Made by a program: the position numbers and the translations under genes. A stretch of 64,000 nt of DNA. Origin: Bacillota bacterium. Lineage in GTDB: Bacteria > Bacillota > Sulfobacillia > Fermentithermobacillales > Fermentithermobacillaceae. The first letter of the stretch is position 1, and each line of letters opens with the position of its first letter. The stretch lies in the NCBI GenBank assembly GCA_040767525.1, contig JAXGOJ010000005.1:9613-73612 (forward strand), read 5' to 3'. Under the pieces are notes generated by a model. That model was not told where the DNA came from. It searched no databases and worked only from the letters and a program-made list of their open reading frames with translations. Of the stretch, positions 38,104-46,995 are shown piece by piece.

Positions 38104-39593
38104 GTGGAAGGCAGCAAGACCTCTTCCCAGGTGAGGTAACCGATTCGCCGGGCAGGATCCGGTGGAGACACAGGTACGGCCCGGGCAGGATTCTCAGGTT
38201 GCTCATTCGCGCCCCGGCCTTTTTGTTTTACACTTGATTGATTTGGCATTGGGTGTATCTTACCGGATTCACCTGCAGAAGAAAGACCTCGATTTCCGGG
38301 CATGTTTTGCAAGCGGCCTGTGGCTTTTTGGTAACGGGATAAAATCCGGTTAAACCAGTTCACCCTTTGTTGTCCGTTGTCTCCAGGTTGATACTCAGGT
38401 TGTTGACCTGGCTTGAATCTTTGGGCTATCTGTTCCCTGCCTGAATGAGGGAAGGGCAATCCCGACTTTTCCGGTTCTTTGTCTTGACTTTTGTCATTAT
38501 CAGTACCGGCAGTTGGGAATTCGGTTTGCTCCGGGCCTTTTGCATCGTCTGTTGGCTCTGGCCCTGAGTCCACTTGAACACTGGCCGCTTTTCGCATCTC
38601 AAGGTCTTTTAGAATCTCTGAAAGGGCCATGGGCTCAACTCTATGCCGGAGAACCAAAGGTAATACTGTGACAAGCTCATCAAAAGATACCTCTGTTTTC
38701 CCTCGTATTGCGGCAAGCAACCGAGAACTCAGTTCCAGTGACTCGACTGCCCGCAGGCTCTCGATGTTCTTTTCCACATACAGATGGGCTATGTACCGGA
38801 TGATTGTTTGTGGAACCGAGATGTTTCCCAAGTTCAACGCTTTCTCCCGGATTTCAGCAGGCCCCATGAGATCTCCTGTAATACCCTGATAGTTTCCCCA
38901 AAGCAGTCTTTCAACAATTAGGGGATCTGAGGGCCTTTGTACAGGCACTACAATGTCAAACCTATCTGAGAGTTGCCTTCGAACCTCTTCAAGAGGCCCG
39001 GGGTCTTCGTCGGGGTTTGATGCTGCCCATACAGAGGAAGTGACCTCGATTTCCCAGGGCATAAGCCCGACTTCTTCGATTTTCACTTTGCCAGGCTTTG
39101 TTCCCATGACTGCCAGCAACACGTCGGTTATTTCAGGAGCGGTTTCTGCCAGTCTGTTAATCTCGTCAATAAATATGATACCTCTGTTTGCCATTGGAAT
39201 TGAGCCTGGAAGGAGTGCTGCTTGAGAGTTTTTTGGGTCAGTTAGTTTGGCCAGGTCGACGCTGCCGAGAATCGTTCCAAGTTTTGCGCCGTGGCCGATT
39301 TCAACAAAAGGCATAGGGGCGGCCTCACACCGGGCAGGCGTTATTTCAGTAGATAGGCTGTGAATTGGACAATGAGGCGATTCAGGACGGCATTGGTAAA
39401 TACAGTTTTCGACACGCTGTATGCTTGGAGCAAGCTGTCGGGCCCATCGCATTACTGTTGTTTTTCCTGTTCCTCTAAGCCCTTCTGCATGAATATGTAA
39501 CGGTATACCCGCTGCAGTAGATATAAGGGATATCTGTATTGCCAGAAAAAGACTCTCATTTCCATTGTGCCTGATAGGTACTCTTGTAGACAA
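38082..39593 (-). CDS. ChlI/BchI-like AAA+ ATPase with a Cys-rich insert and a ~165 aa Pro/Gln/Glu-rich tail
   Basis: Walker A GLRGTGKTT, Walker B GIIFIDEINRL, ChlI-like order ...RVENCIYQCRPESPHCPIHS...FVEIGHGAKLGTILGSVD...SNPDEDPGPL...QLSDRFD. TTG start. Confidence 0.75.
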   Translation of the reverse strand: MSTRVPIRHNGNESLFLAIQISLISTAAGIPLHIHAEGLRGTGKTTVMRWARQLAPSIQRVENCIYQCRPESPHCPIHSLSTEITPARCEAAPMPFVEIGHGAKLGTILGSVDLAKLTDPKNSQAALLPGSIPMANRGIIFIDEINRLAETAPEITDVLLAVMGTKPGKVKIEEVGLMPWEIEVTSSVWAASNPDEDPGPLEEVRRQLSDRFDIVVPVQRPSDPLIVERLLWGNYQGITGDLMGPAEIREKALNLGNISVPQTIIRYIAHLYVEKNIESLRAVESLELSSRLLAAIRGKTEVSFDELVTVLPLVLRHRVEPMALSEILKDLEMRKAASVQVDSGPEPTDDAKGPEQTEFPTAGTDNDKSQDKEPEKSGLPFPHSGREQIAQRFKPGQQPEYQPGDNGQQRVNWFNRILSRYQKATGRLQNMPGNRGLSSAGESGKIHPMPNQSSVKQKGRGANEQPENPARAVPVSPPDPARRIGYLTWEEVLLPSTWEDSIR

Positions 39594-39699
39594 AGAGAAA
39601 TCCCCCCGCAGGTATTTTTCCCGTTAGGCAGGAGGTTTCTTTCGGAACGAGTCATGGAACTAATGGTGCTTCAGATAAAATGTGCCATATAGAGATATA

Positions 39700-40386
39700 T
39701 TACCCTCTGAGATGAGCCTTCATTTTCGCCAACGCATCCTCGAAATCCGATTTTTTTGAAGCGAGGAATGTAACCGCGTTTTCCGAGCGTTTAGCCTTTG
39801 TCAGATCTTGTACGTCAAAAGAAGGCAGGCCGCGCCCCTTGATTTCCACAAGCCCGTAAAGCGTCCCTTGTTTCAACTCGATTCCTGTGACTTCATTCCA
39901 ACGGTATTTAACGCATTTACGGCCGGTGATTGAACCGGTAGCCATACCTGATTTGAGCACAAAGACATGTTTGGACGAACAAGCAAGGCCCTCTCCGGAA
40001 TTGCCTGTCAATGCCAGAGTAATCTCTTCTCCATCTTCCAGGCTTCGTTCCAAGAGCTCTTGTAATATCCCAAGAGCAGATAATGCATGTTTTCTTGTGT
40101 TCCTTGTGCTGGCTCCGGTTCTTGATCTTGCTGATCTTACCGATGCCATTATGTAGTCGTACTTTCTTATAATATCCATTTTTTCCATACAGCCGGTACA
40201 CAGATACCGGCCATCTACAGTCTTAAAATGCTCATCTGATGAAAAGGGTTGCTTGCCACATTCGTGGCATTTAACTGTACCTTTTTTCGTTAAGCATTTG
40301 TTGCAATACCATGCACCGTCTATGACAACAAGATCAGTACGGGGAATTCCAAGGTTTGAGGCCCCGCAATCTATGCAATTTGCCAA
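39700..40386 (-). CDS. Double zinc-ribbon (LIM-like) plus bacterial PH-like domain protein
   Basis: CIDCG..19..CNKC and CHECG..19..CTGC. The C-terminal part HVFVLKSG...RKCVKYRWNEVTGIELKQGTLYGLVEIKG resembles bacterial PH domains. The likely TTG start at 40386 follows AGGGAGGGAG. Confidence 0.55.
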   Translation of the reverse strand: MANCIDCGASNLGIPRTDLVVIDGAWYCNKCLTKKGTVKCHECGKQPFSSDEHFKTVDGRYLCTGCMEKMDIIRKYDYIMASVRSARSRTGASTRNTRKHALSALGILQELLERSLEDGEEITLALTGNSGEGLACSSKHVFVLKSGMATGSITGRKCVKYRWNEVTGIELKQGTLYGLVEIKGRGLPSFDVQDLTKAKRSENAVTFLASKKSDFEDALAKMKAHLRG

Positions 40387-40586
40387 TGCAACTCCCTCCC
40401 TAGATGATTTATCGCAAATAGGAGCAGGGAATTTTAGGGCACCAAACGAAATACTTGAAAAACACAAGGAATCTAAGTTAATGCACAGGGCATTCCTCAG
40501 ATTCCTTTAAGCTCCAATCCCTTGTACGAGCTTGATGTAGCTTTCGAACCGGCTATGGTTTGAGCATTTCCGGAGATGAACTTTGC

Positions 40587-41801
40587 CTACCCGGCGGTTC
40601 GAATATTCTCCAGGTGCATTCTTGCTTTCTCAATAAGCCCGGGCTTGTATAGGAGATCCATTGCAGATAGCGCCATGACTTTGGCTGCCATCAAGGTTGC
40701 ATCAATTGCTTTGGGTGTTATGGTATCGTCAGCCATTTCCTTTGAGTGTCCTCTGGCAGTGGTCATACCGAACGAAATTTGTATGCAAGGAGTCTCCCAT
40801 GTAACACTGCCTACGTCAGTTACGCCTCCTCCTGTATTCGGTTCAGGATCGGGTAGAGTTTCTCCCAAATACTCGAAGTTCTTCCTGGCAAGGTCTCTTA
40901 GCACCGGATGCTCCAGCGTTTCTCTGAAAAGGGGTTCATAGTGTTTAAATTCCACTTTTGCGCCTACAGCCCTGGCTGCCCCTTCAGCACATTGCTTGAT
41001 CCTGGGTAAGACTGTTTCCTCAAGGTAGTATGAGTCTTTAGCTCTTACAGTGAATCTTGCTGTTGCACGCTGGGGGACTATGTTAGGAGCGTCGCCTCCG
41101 TGGGTTATGATTCCTGATAGCCTTACATCGTCTCGCAGGTGGTTCTTCATTGTTCGTATGCTCATGTAGGCCAGGACACAGGCATCCAATGCGTTTATAC
41201 CTGCCCCGGGATTCCCTCCTGCATGGGCTGATTTCCCGTAAAAAGTCATTTCCAGAGGATGAGATGCCCAGGAGGAGCCCCCCAGTGAGTTTCTTTGGCC
41301 GGGGTGAGCGATAAAGGCTGCGTCTATACCGGCAAATGTACCTGCTTCTGTCATAACGATTTTGCCCCCAATAGTTTCTTCTGCGGGAGTTCCCAGCACA
41401 ATCCATGTGGCTCCGGTTTCATCAGGGGGAAGGGCGTTTTTTATTCCTATACCGGCGGCGAGAGCGGCCCCTGCCATTAGGTTGTGTCCGCAACCGTGGC
41501 CGATACCGGGCAATGCGTCATATTCGGCCATGAAGGCAATTCTTGGCCCTTTGCTGCCGGCACGGGCTGCAAATGATGTGGGCAGGCCGGCAATTTCCCT
41601 TTCCAAAAGAAAGCCATGTGATTCCAGTATTTTAGTGAGTTTGGAGACTGCAAAGACTTCCTCAAGCCCAAGCTCAGGATTTTGGTACAAATACCTGGCT
41701 ATGTCTTCGACAACGGGCCTTAACGAGTCGATTGTCCGGACAAGATGGTTCCGTTTTTCGGCATAGTCCTTTTCTGCACAGCATGTATACGATCCAGTCA
41801 A
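40587..41801 (-). CDS. M20 family amidohydrolase (AbgB / peptidase M20D-like)
   Basis: YQNPELGLEE, GHGCGHNL, GTPAEET.GGK, HAGGNP. The likely TTG start at 41801 follows GAAGGTGA. Confidence 0.8.
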   Translation of the reverse strand: MTGSYTCCAEKDYAEKRNHLVRTIDSLRPVVEDIARYLYQNPELGLEEVFAVSKLTKILESHGFLLEREIAGLPTSFAARAGSKGPRIAFMAEYDALPGIGHGCGHNLMAGAALAAGIGIKNALPPDETGATWIVLGTPAEETIGGKIVMTEAGTFAGIDAAFIAHPGQRNSLGGSSWASHPLEMTFYGKSAHAGGNPGAGINALDACVLAYMSIRTMKNHLRDDVRLSGIITHGGDAPNIVPQRATARFTVRAKDSYYLEETVLPRIKQCAEGAARAVGAKVEFKHYEPLFRETLEHPVLRDLARKNFEYLGETLPDPEPNTGGGVTDVGSVTWETPCIQISFGMTTARGHSKEMADDTITPKAIDATLMAAKVMALSAMDLLYKPGLIEKARMHLENIRTAG

Positions 41802-42078
41802 TTTATCACCTTCGTTTCCTGAGTTTTCAGTAGGCCGGATAAGGGTTCTGTATAAAAGCAAGTTCCGTTACAGCGATACAAGCTCAAATTTCGACGATCA
41901 GGAGGTGATGTCCTTCTTGAAGGAATACTCAGGCCTAACAGCGAACTGAATTTTGATGCTGTATGAACAGGCCCGGCCAGAAGGTTGGCGGCACATCGTG
42001 GAAAATTGGGTAAGGCCGGTGTAGTGGGGGTAGTAGCGCAGATTCATCGTACTAATGAAGAAAAGAGGAGTGATCTAT

Positions 42079-43659
42079 TTGTACGACGTATTGTTCAGAA
42101 ATGTCAGGGTCATAGACGGTACCGGGGCGCCTTGGTTCTACGGTGAAGTTGCGGTAAAGGGCGATGAAATAAAAGAAGTGTCTTACAGGATTAAGGGCAA
42201 AGCCAAAAAGACCGTAGACGGAAAAAACATGGTGCTTTCACCTGGGTTCATTGACTCACACAGTCACTCGGATACATGCTGGTTTGCTGATAAGAGGGGG
42301 GAGAGCAAAATACGGCAGGGGGTTACCACAGAGGTTACAGGCCAGTGTGGGGCATCTCCTGCACCTGTTACAGATAAGAGAAGGGGTTCGGCTCTTTCTC
42401 TTAAAACTGATGAAGGAATGGAAATAACATGGTCTACTTTTGGAGAGTATTTATCATTGCTAGAGGAAAACGGAGTGGGTATCAATATAGTACCTCTGGT
42501 AGGCCACGGAGCTCTTAGAAGCTGTGCTGTAGGTTATGAGAACAGGCCTCCTACACATGAAGAACTTGAAGATATGAAGGCTTTGCTCGTCGAAGCCCTT
42601 GAGGCGGGGGCATTTGGGTTTTCCTCTGGCCTTATCTATCCTCCCAGTTCCTTTGCGGATACACAAGAACTTATTGAACTGGCGAAGGTAATGAGTCCAT
42701 ACGGCGGGATTTATGAGACCCACATGCGAAATGAGGGTATGGGCCTCTTAAAATCAGTCGAGGAAGCTATAAGCATTGGGCGACAAGCTAATGTGCCTGT
42801 TCAAATTTCTCACCACAAAGCGTCAGCGGAAAAGGCCTGGGGATCGGTCAATGAGTCTCTAGCCATGATAAAGGAGGCTCGGGCGCGGGGTATAGATGTA
42901 ACCTGCGATCAGTATCCTTACATTGCATCAGCAACAGGGCTTACGGCCATTATCCCTTCCTGGGCCCACGAAGGCGGGCCAAAAGCTCTCCTTGCCAGGC
43001 TGAAGGACCCTGATGTTTCTGCCAGACTGAAAAACGAGGTAGAAGAAGCTCAGGGGCCGACCGGTGGGTGGCACAAAATGCTTATTACTTCTGTGACCGG
43101 AGAGAAGAATAAGTTTGCCGAGGGGAAAAGAATCCCCGAGATTGCCGGGATTCTAAATTTGTCTAACGTAGAAGCTGCTTTTAAGCTGCTTGTTGAAGAA
43201 GAACTTGAAGTTGGGTACGCCAAATTTGGCATGTGTGAAGAAGATGTCAAGACGGTCATGGCTCATCCAGTGGTTATGATTGGATCTGATTCGTCTTGTA
43301 GCGCCATTGACGGGCCATTATCAACAGGGAAGCCTCATCCGAGAACCTACGGTACTTTCCCCAGAGTCCTCGGAAAATACGTTAGGGAAGAAAAGATCTT
43401 GTCCCTTGAGAATGCTGTGTTTAAGATGACAGGTATGGCTGCCGGCCGGCTGAAACTTATGGGCCGGGGGATAATCAGGCCGGGAATGAAGGCTGATCTT
43501 ACACTATTCGATCCTGATACGGTCATAGACAGGGCGACTTTTGAAGAGCCTGCACAGTACCCATGCGGTATTGAACATGTCATGGTTAACGGTGTCTTTG
43601 CAGTAGAAAACCGTGAGCATACAGGCAGTATCGCTGGGAAAGTTTTGAGGCGGAGCTAG
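42079..43659 (+). CDS. N-acyl-D-amino-acid deacylase (D-aminoacylase) family amidohydrolase
   Basis: VIDGTG...SPGFIDSHSHSD...QGVTTEV.GQCG...ISHHKA...DQYPY...GSDS. The likely TTG start at 42079 lies 8 nt after AAGAGGAG. Confidence 0.85.
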   Translation: MYDVLFRNVRVIDGTGAPWFYGEVAVKGDEIKEVSYRIKGKAKKTVDGKNMVLSPGFIDSHSHSDTCWFADKRGESKIRQGVTTEVTGQCGASPAPVTDKRRGSALSLKTDEGMEITWSTFGEYLSLLEENGVGINIVPLVGHGALRSCAVGYENRPPTHEELEDMKALLVEALEAGAFGFSSGLIYPPSSFADTQELIELAKVMSPYGGIYETHMRNEGMGLLKSVEEAISIGRQANVPVQISHHKASAEKAWGSVNESLAMIKEARARGIDVTCDQYPYIASATGLTAIIPSWAHEGGPKALLARLKDPDVSARLKNEVEEAQGPTGGWHKMLITSVTGEKNKFAEGKRIPEIAGILNLSNVEAAFKLLVEEELEVGYAKFGMCEEDVKTVMAHPVVMIGSDSSCSAIDGPLSTGKPHPRTYGTFPRVLGKYVREEKILSLENAVFKMTGMAAGRLKLMGRGIIRPGMKADLTLFDPDTVIDRATFEEPAQYPCGIEHVMVNGVFAVENREHTGSIAGKVLRRS

Positions 43660-43674
43660 AGGATGAAATGGCCT

Positions 43675-44517
43675 TTAGCAGTGATAGGGAGATTCTGATC
43701 CTGGCCCGGTGCTTTTGCCGCAAACCGGGCAGCACGGGTCTTTCTTGACTGCAATAGTGCGAAAATCATAGGATATGAGGTCAAGCAGCAGGAGCCTGCC
43801 TGTAAGCAGTAAACCTTTCCCTAAAAGAAGTTTCAAGGCTTCTGCTGCTTGCACTGAACCTGTAACACCCGGGGCCGGGCCTGCAACTGGGATGCTTTCT
43901 TGAGCCCTATAGGGTTTCTTTGGGAAGATACATTCGTAACAGGGGCTTTTTTCGGGGATGATAGTGGTTACCATGCCGGTAAAGCCTGACACGGCTCCTT
44001 CTATCATGGGAATTCCACTGTCAACGCATACCTGGTTGAGGATATACCTTGTTTCCAGATTGTCTACACACGAAATGATTGCGTTGAAGCCTTCGATGAT
44101 ACTTGAAGCATTTTGCTGAGTCAGTGTTTGGGTTATAGGGATGATTTTCCCACGATTGTTGGCCGCGGCAAGTTTTTGAGCAAGAGCTGTAGCTTTGTTT
44201 CTGCCTATGTCATTCATGTCGTAAAGAATTTGCCTGGGTAGATTCGATAAAGACACAGTATCTTCGTCTAGTATCCCTAAAATACCGATTCCGGCTCCTG
44301 CAAGATATGCGGCACATAGAGTGCCCAGGCCCCCTGCGCCCACTATGAGGACTTTTTTCCCGAGGAGAAGGGCTTGCCCTTTCATGCCGATTTCAGGCAA
44401 TTGGATTTGCCTGGCGTAGCGTTTCTTATCGTATTCTGACAACCTTTCACCCGACGAGGGGAAGGCCGCCTCATTTGTACTTGCCTTACATTGCTGCTGT
44501 TTTTCCAGTGTGAGCAA
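43675..44517 (-). CDS. ThiF/MoeB/HesA family E1-like adenylyltransferase
   Basis: YARQIQLPEIG..GQ..LL.KKVLIVGAGGLG, two CxxC pairs (CYECIF, CCPVCG) and an N-terminal extension of about 35 aa. Confidence 0.8.
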   Translation of the reverse strand: MLTLEKQQQCKASTNEAAFPSSGERLSEYDKKRYARQIQLPEIGMKGQALLLGKKVLIVGAGGLGTLCAAYLAGAGIGILGILDEDTVSLSNLPRQILYDMNDIGRNKATALAQKLAAANNRGKIIPITQTLTQQNASSIIEGFNAIISCVDNLETRYILNQVCVDSGIPMIEGAVSGFTGMVTTIIPEKSPCYECIFPKKPYRAQESIPVAGPAPGVTGSVQAAEALKLLLGKGLLLTGRLLLLDLISYDFRTIAVKKDPCCPVCGKSTGPGSESPYHC

Positions 44518-44606
44518 CTTGCAGCTCCTTTCCCGGGATTAGATGGGTGTGTTTCAAAGTCATTTTTGAAAGCCGCCACAAGGGTTGGCGATTGTGCAAA
44601 AAAGTT

Positions 44607-45254
44607 TTATCTTGACGCGATAAAAGCTGCTATCAACCCTGCAAGAAAAATGCCGTCATAAACCCCGGCACCGCCAATTGAGAGCACTCCTTGACTTGTA
44701 CGCCGCATGTCTTTTAGGTGCATTAGATCTGCACCGATTAAGGTTCCCACTGTGCCTGATATGTAAGCAGCCACCCCGGGATTAGTCCGGGCAAAAACCA
44801 TGGCTGAGAGTGCCGCGGCAAGGGGAGGTACCATGGCGGGAATCAGTATGCCCCTTCCCGGAACCGGGCGAGCTACAAGGTAGCATATTACAGATACTGT
44901 TAAAGTGGCCAGGACAACAGGGAAAAACGGAGCCCGGGGCAACAGGTAAAGGCTGAATACTATTGGTACTACCGCACCGCCGAAGTTTACTGCCAGAACT
45001 TGTTCTTGGATTACAGGAGGGTAATAAAAAAACACAGAGAACACAGAAGGAAGGCTTTGCCGCGTTACGACTCGTTCCCGTTTAACAGGTATGTTGATAA
45101 CGCTTCCTACGAGGGACAAGGTGAATACCAAAAACGCCCCCTGAGGCGAAAGGCCAAGGCTTTCAAAAGACAGTGCGGCTACGTTAAGGTACAACAAGAA
45201 AAACAGAGCGGGAATTCCCAGGATAAGCATGAACAAAATATACAAAGGCAGCAA
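44607..45254 (-). CDS. Polytopic membrane protein, possibly DUF1614
   Basis: Six or more hydrophobic segments. The C-terminal GGAGVYDGIFLAGLIAAF is recalled as DUF1614-like. Confidence 0.45.
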   Translation of the reverse strand: MLPLYILFMLILGIPALFFLLYLNVAALSFESLGLSPQGAFLVFTLSLVGSVINIPVKRERVVTRQSLPSVFSVFFYYPPVIQEQVLAVNFGGAVVPIVFSLYLLPRAPFFPVVLATLTVSVICYLVARPVPGRGILIPAMVPPLAAALSAMVFARTNPGVAAYISGTVGTLIGADLMHLKDMRRTSQGVLSIGGAGVYDGIFLAGLIAAFIASR

Positions 45255-45510
45255 TCTATGTATCCTTCTTTCATCAAATATTCGCCGGCGTCTTCCAGGG
45301 TTCCCTGGATAAACTTTCTGTCCGGTTAACCGGTGAATTACTTGGGCTTGGCTATAGGATATACGTAAACAGTCGTAGGTTCAAGAAGGTGGGCGCCAAC
45401 TGGGCCGTGCAATAAGAATAGCCGGCGTCAGAAGGAGATCGGGTCAGCCTGTAGAAAATGTTAACTGGCCCGGGACTCCTTTGTAGTACAAATTACTTGG
45501 GTAACGAGGG

Positions 45511-46896
45511 ATGCATGATTTGAAAACAACTAAACTATACTGGCAAAGGCCGTATGATACAAAGTTTTCATCAAAAATAGCAGAGGTCTGGCAGGAAGAA
45601 GAGGGTAGGCTGTTCATTGTTCTGGACGCTACCTTGTTTTATCCTGAGGGAGGAGGACAGCCTTGGGATTGTGGACTAATAACACCTGCTTTGTGTGCCA
45701 CAAAGGGCTGTTTGCATATCACAGGTATTTTGCCTGATGGTGCTGCCTGTAATGTAGACTACGTATTTGAAGAACATGGCCAGATTATTCACGTTTTGCC
45801 CATGGACGAAAAATCCTGGCCTGTTTTCTTCAAGAAAGGGCAGGAGGTTTACGGCGAAATCGACTGGGAGCGCAGGTTCGATTTTATGCAGCAGCACACA
45901 GGCCAGCACATCCTTTCAAGGGCTTTTGAAGAGATATGCAATGCCAACACAGTTGGGTTCCACCTTGGGAAAGATTATGTTTCCATAGACTTGGGCCTTG
46001 CGTCAATTGATGGCCCCTGTATCAACGCGGTAGAGGACCTTGCCAACGAAATCATATTTAAAAATCTTCCGGTGACAGTCGAAGAATATGATCAAGAACA
46101 TGTTCCGCCAAGGATTCGCAGACGGATCCCGACAGAATCCGGAACAGTGCGGATTATTAACGTGGGGGACTTCGACGCTTGTGCTTGCGGAGGAACTCAT
46201 GTATGTTCCACAGGCGAGATTGGAATCATCAAAATAAACCAGCTGGACAGGTCTCATGGCAGAGTCAGAGTGATTTTCAGGTGTGGAAAGAGGGCTTTTC
46301 TAGATCTCAGGGAAAAGGAAAAAGTGCTCGGGGATGCAACCCGTGCCCTTTCTGTAGGCTATCAGGACCTTCTCCAGGTGGTAACTTCACTGTCAGCAAA
46401 AGTAACAGGCCTGGAAAAAGAGTCAGGGAGGCTAAAGAAGGAACTTTTGGAGTACGAAATTGAAAGTCTTGCCCGGGAACTTTGCTCTATGGATACTGAT
46501 AAGGGCAAAAACTTTGCAGTCCGGCAATGCGAAGGAAAGCAACCAGCTGAGTTAAGATTCATGGCCAGGTCCATAAGCGATATTGCCGGTAAGATGGTGG
46601 TTCTCTTTTCAATGGATCCCCGGTTTTCCCTGGTTGCTGCATCACCTTCGCCTGGGAATGAAGGTGTTGAGAATGGTCATGGGAACAGGGCCGGGGACGC
46701 AGATAGGCTTTCAAGGGCTTCAGGCCTTCCGCCTTCGGGCAATGCCTCTTTGCTGGTCTCAAAATTGGCCAAAGAATGGGGGCTCAAAGGAGGCGGGACC
46801 CCTGATCTTGCACAGATGGGTTCGAAAATACCTTTGAGCAAGAGTGGTAAAGATATTCTCAAAGATATTACTGCTGTTATTGAAGACATGAAATGA
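45511..46896 (+). CDS. alaX: AlaX-L type alanyl-tRNA editing protein (AlaRS editing domain plus DHHA1-like C-terminus)
   Basis: Zinc/editing motifs HTGQHILS and CGGTHV, with a long C-terminal domain. Confidence 0.8.
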   Translation: MHDLKTTKLYWQRPYDTKFSSKIAEVWQEEEGRLFIVLDATLFYPEGGGQPWDCGLITPALCATKGCLHITGILPDGAACNVDYVFEEHGQIIHVLPMDEKSWPVFFKKGQEVYGEIDWERRFDFMQQHTGQHILSRAFEEICNANTVGFHLGKDYVSIDLGLASIDGPCINAVEDLANEIIFKNLPVTVEEYDQEHVPPRIRRRIPTESGTVRIINVGDFDACACGGTHVCSTGEIGIIKINQLDRSHGRVRVIFRCGKRAFLDLREKEKVLGDATRALSVGYQDLLQVVTSLSAKVTGLEKESGRLKKELLEYEIESLARELCSMDTDKGKNFAVRQCEGKQPAELRFMARSISDIAGKMVVLFSMDPRFSLVAASPSPGNEGVENGHGNRAGDADRLSRASGLPPSGNASLLVSKLAKEWGLKGGGTPDLAQMGSKIPLSKSGKDILKDITAVIEDMK

Positions 46897-46925
46897 GTTT
46901 TTCCTAATTTCGAGAAAGCACACCC

Positions 46926-46974
46926 AGACTGCCTCTCCGGCAACCCGGGTGTGCTTGTTTCTTGAGCGTACTTA
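46926..46974. terminator. Hairpin between convergent alaX and the second D-aminoacylase
   Basis: AAGCACACCC, a 21 nt loop, then GGGTGTGCTT, followed by GTTTCTTG. Confidence 0.4.
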
Positions 46975-46995
46975 ACCGAACATACAAACCAGGCT

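Noticed and set aside
38082-39593. Annotation as a genuine magnesium chelatase for (bacterio)chlorophyll synthesis
   Set aside because: No BchH/ChlH/CobN-type subunit or any tetrapyrrole gene lies in the window. The domain split differs from BchI and BchD.
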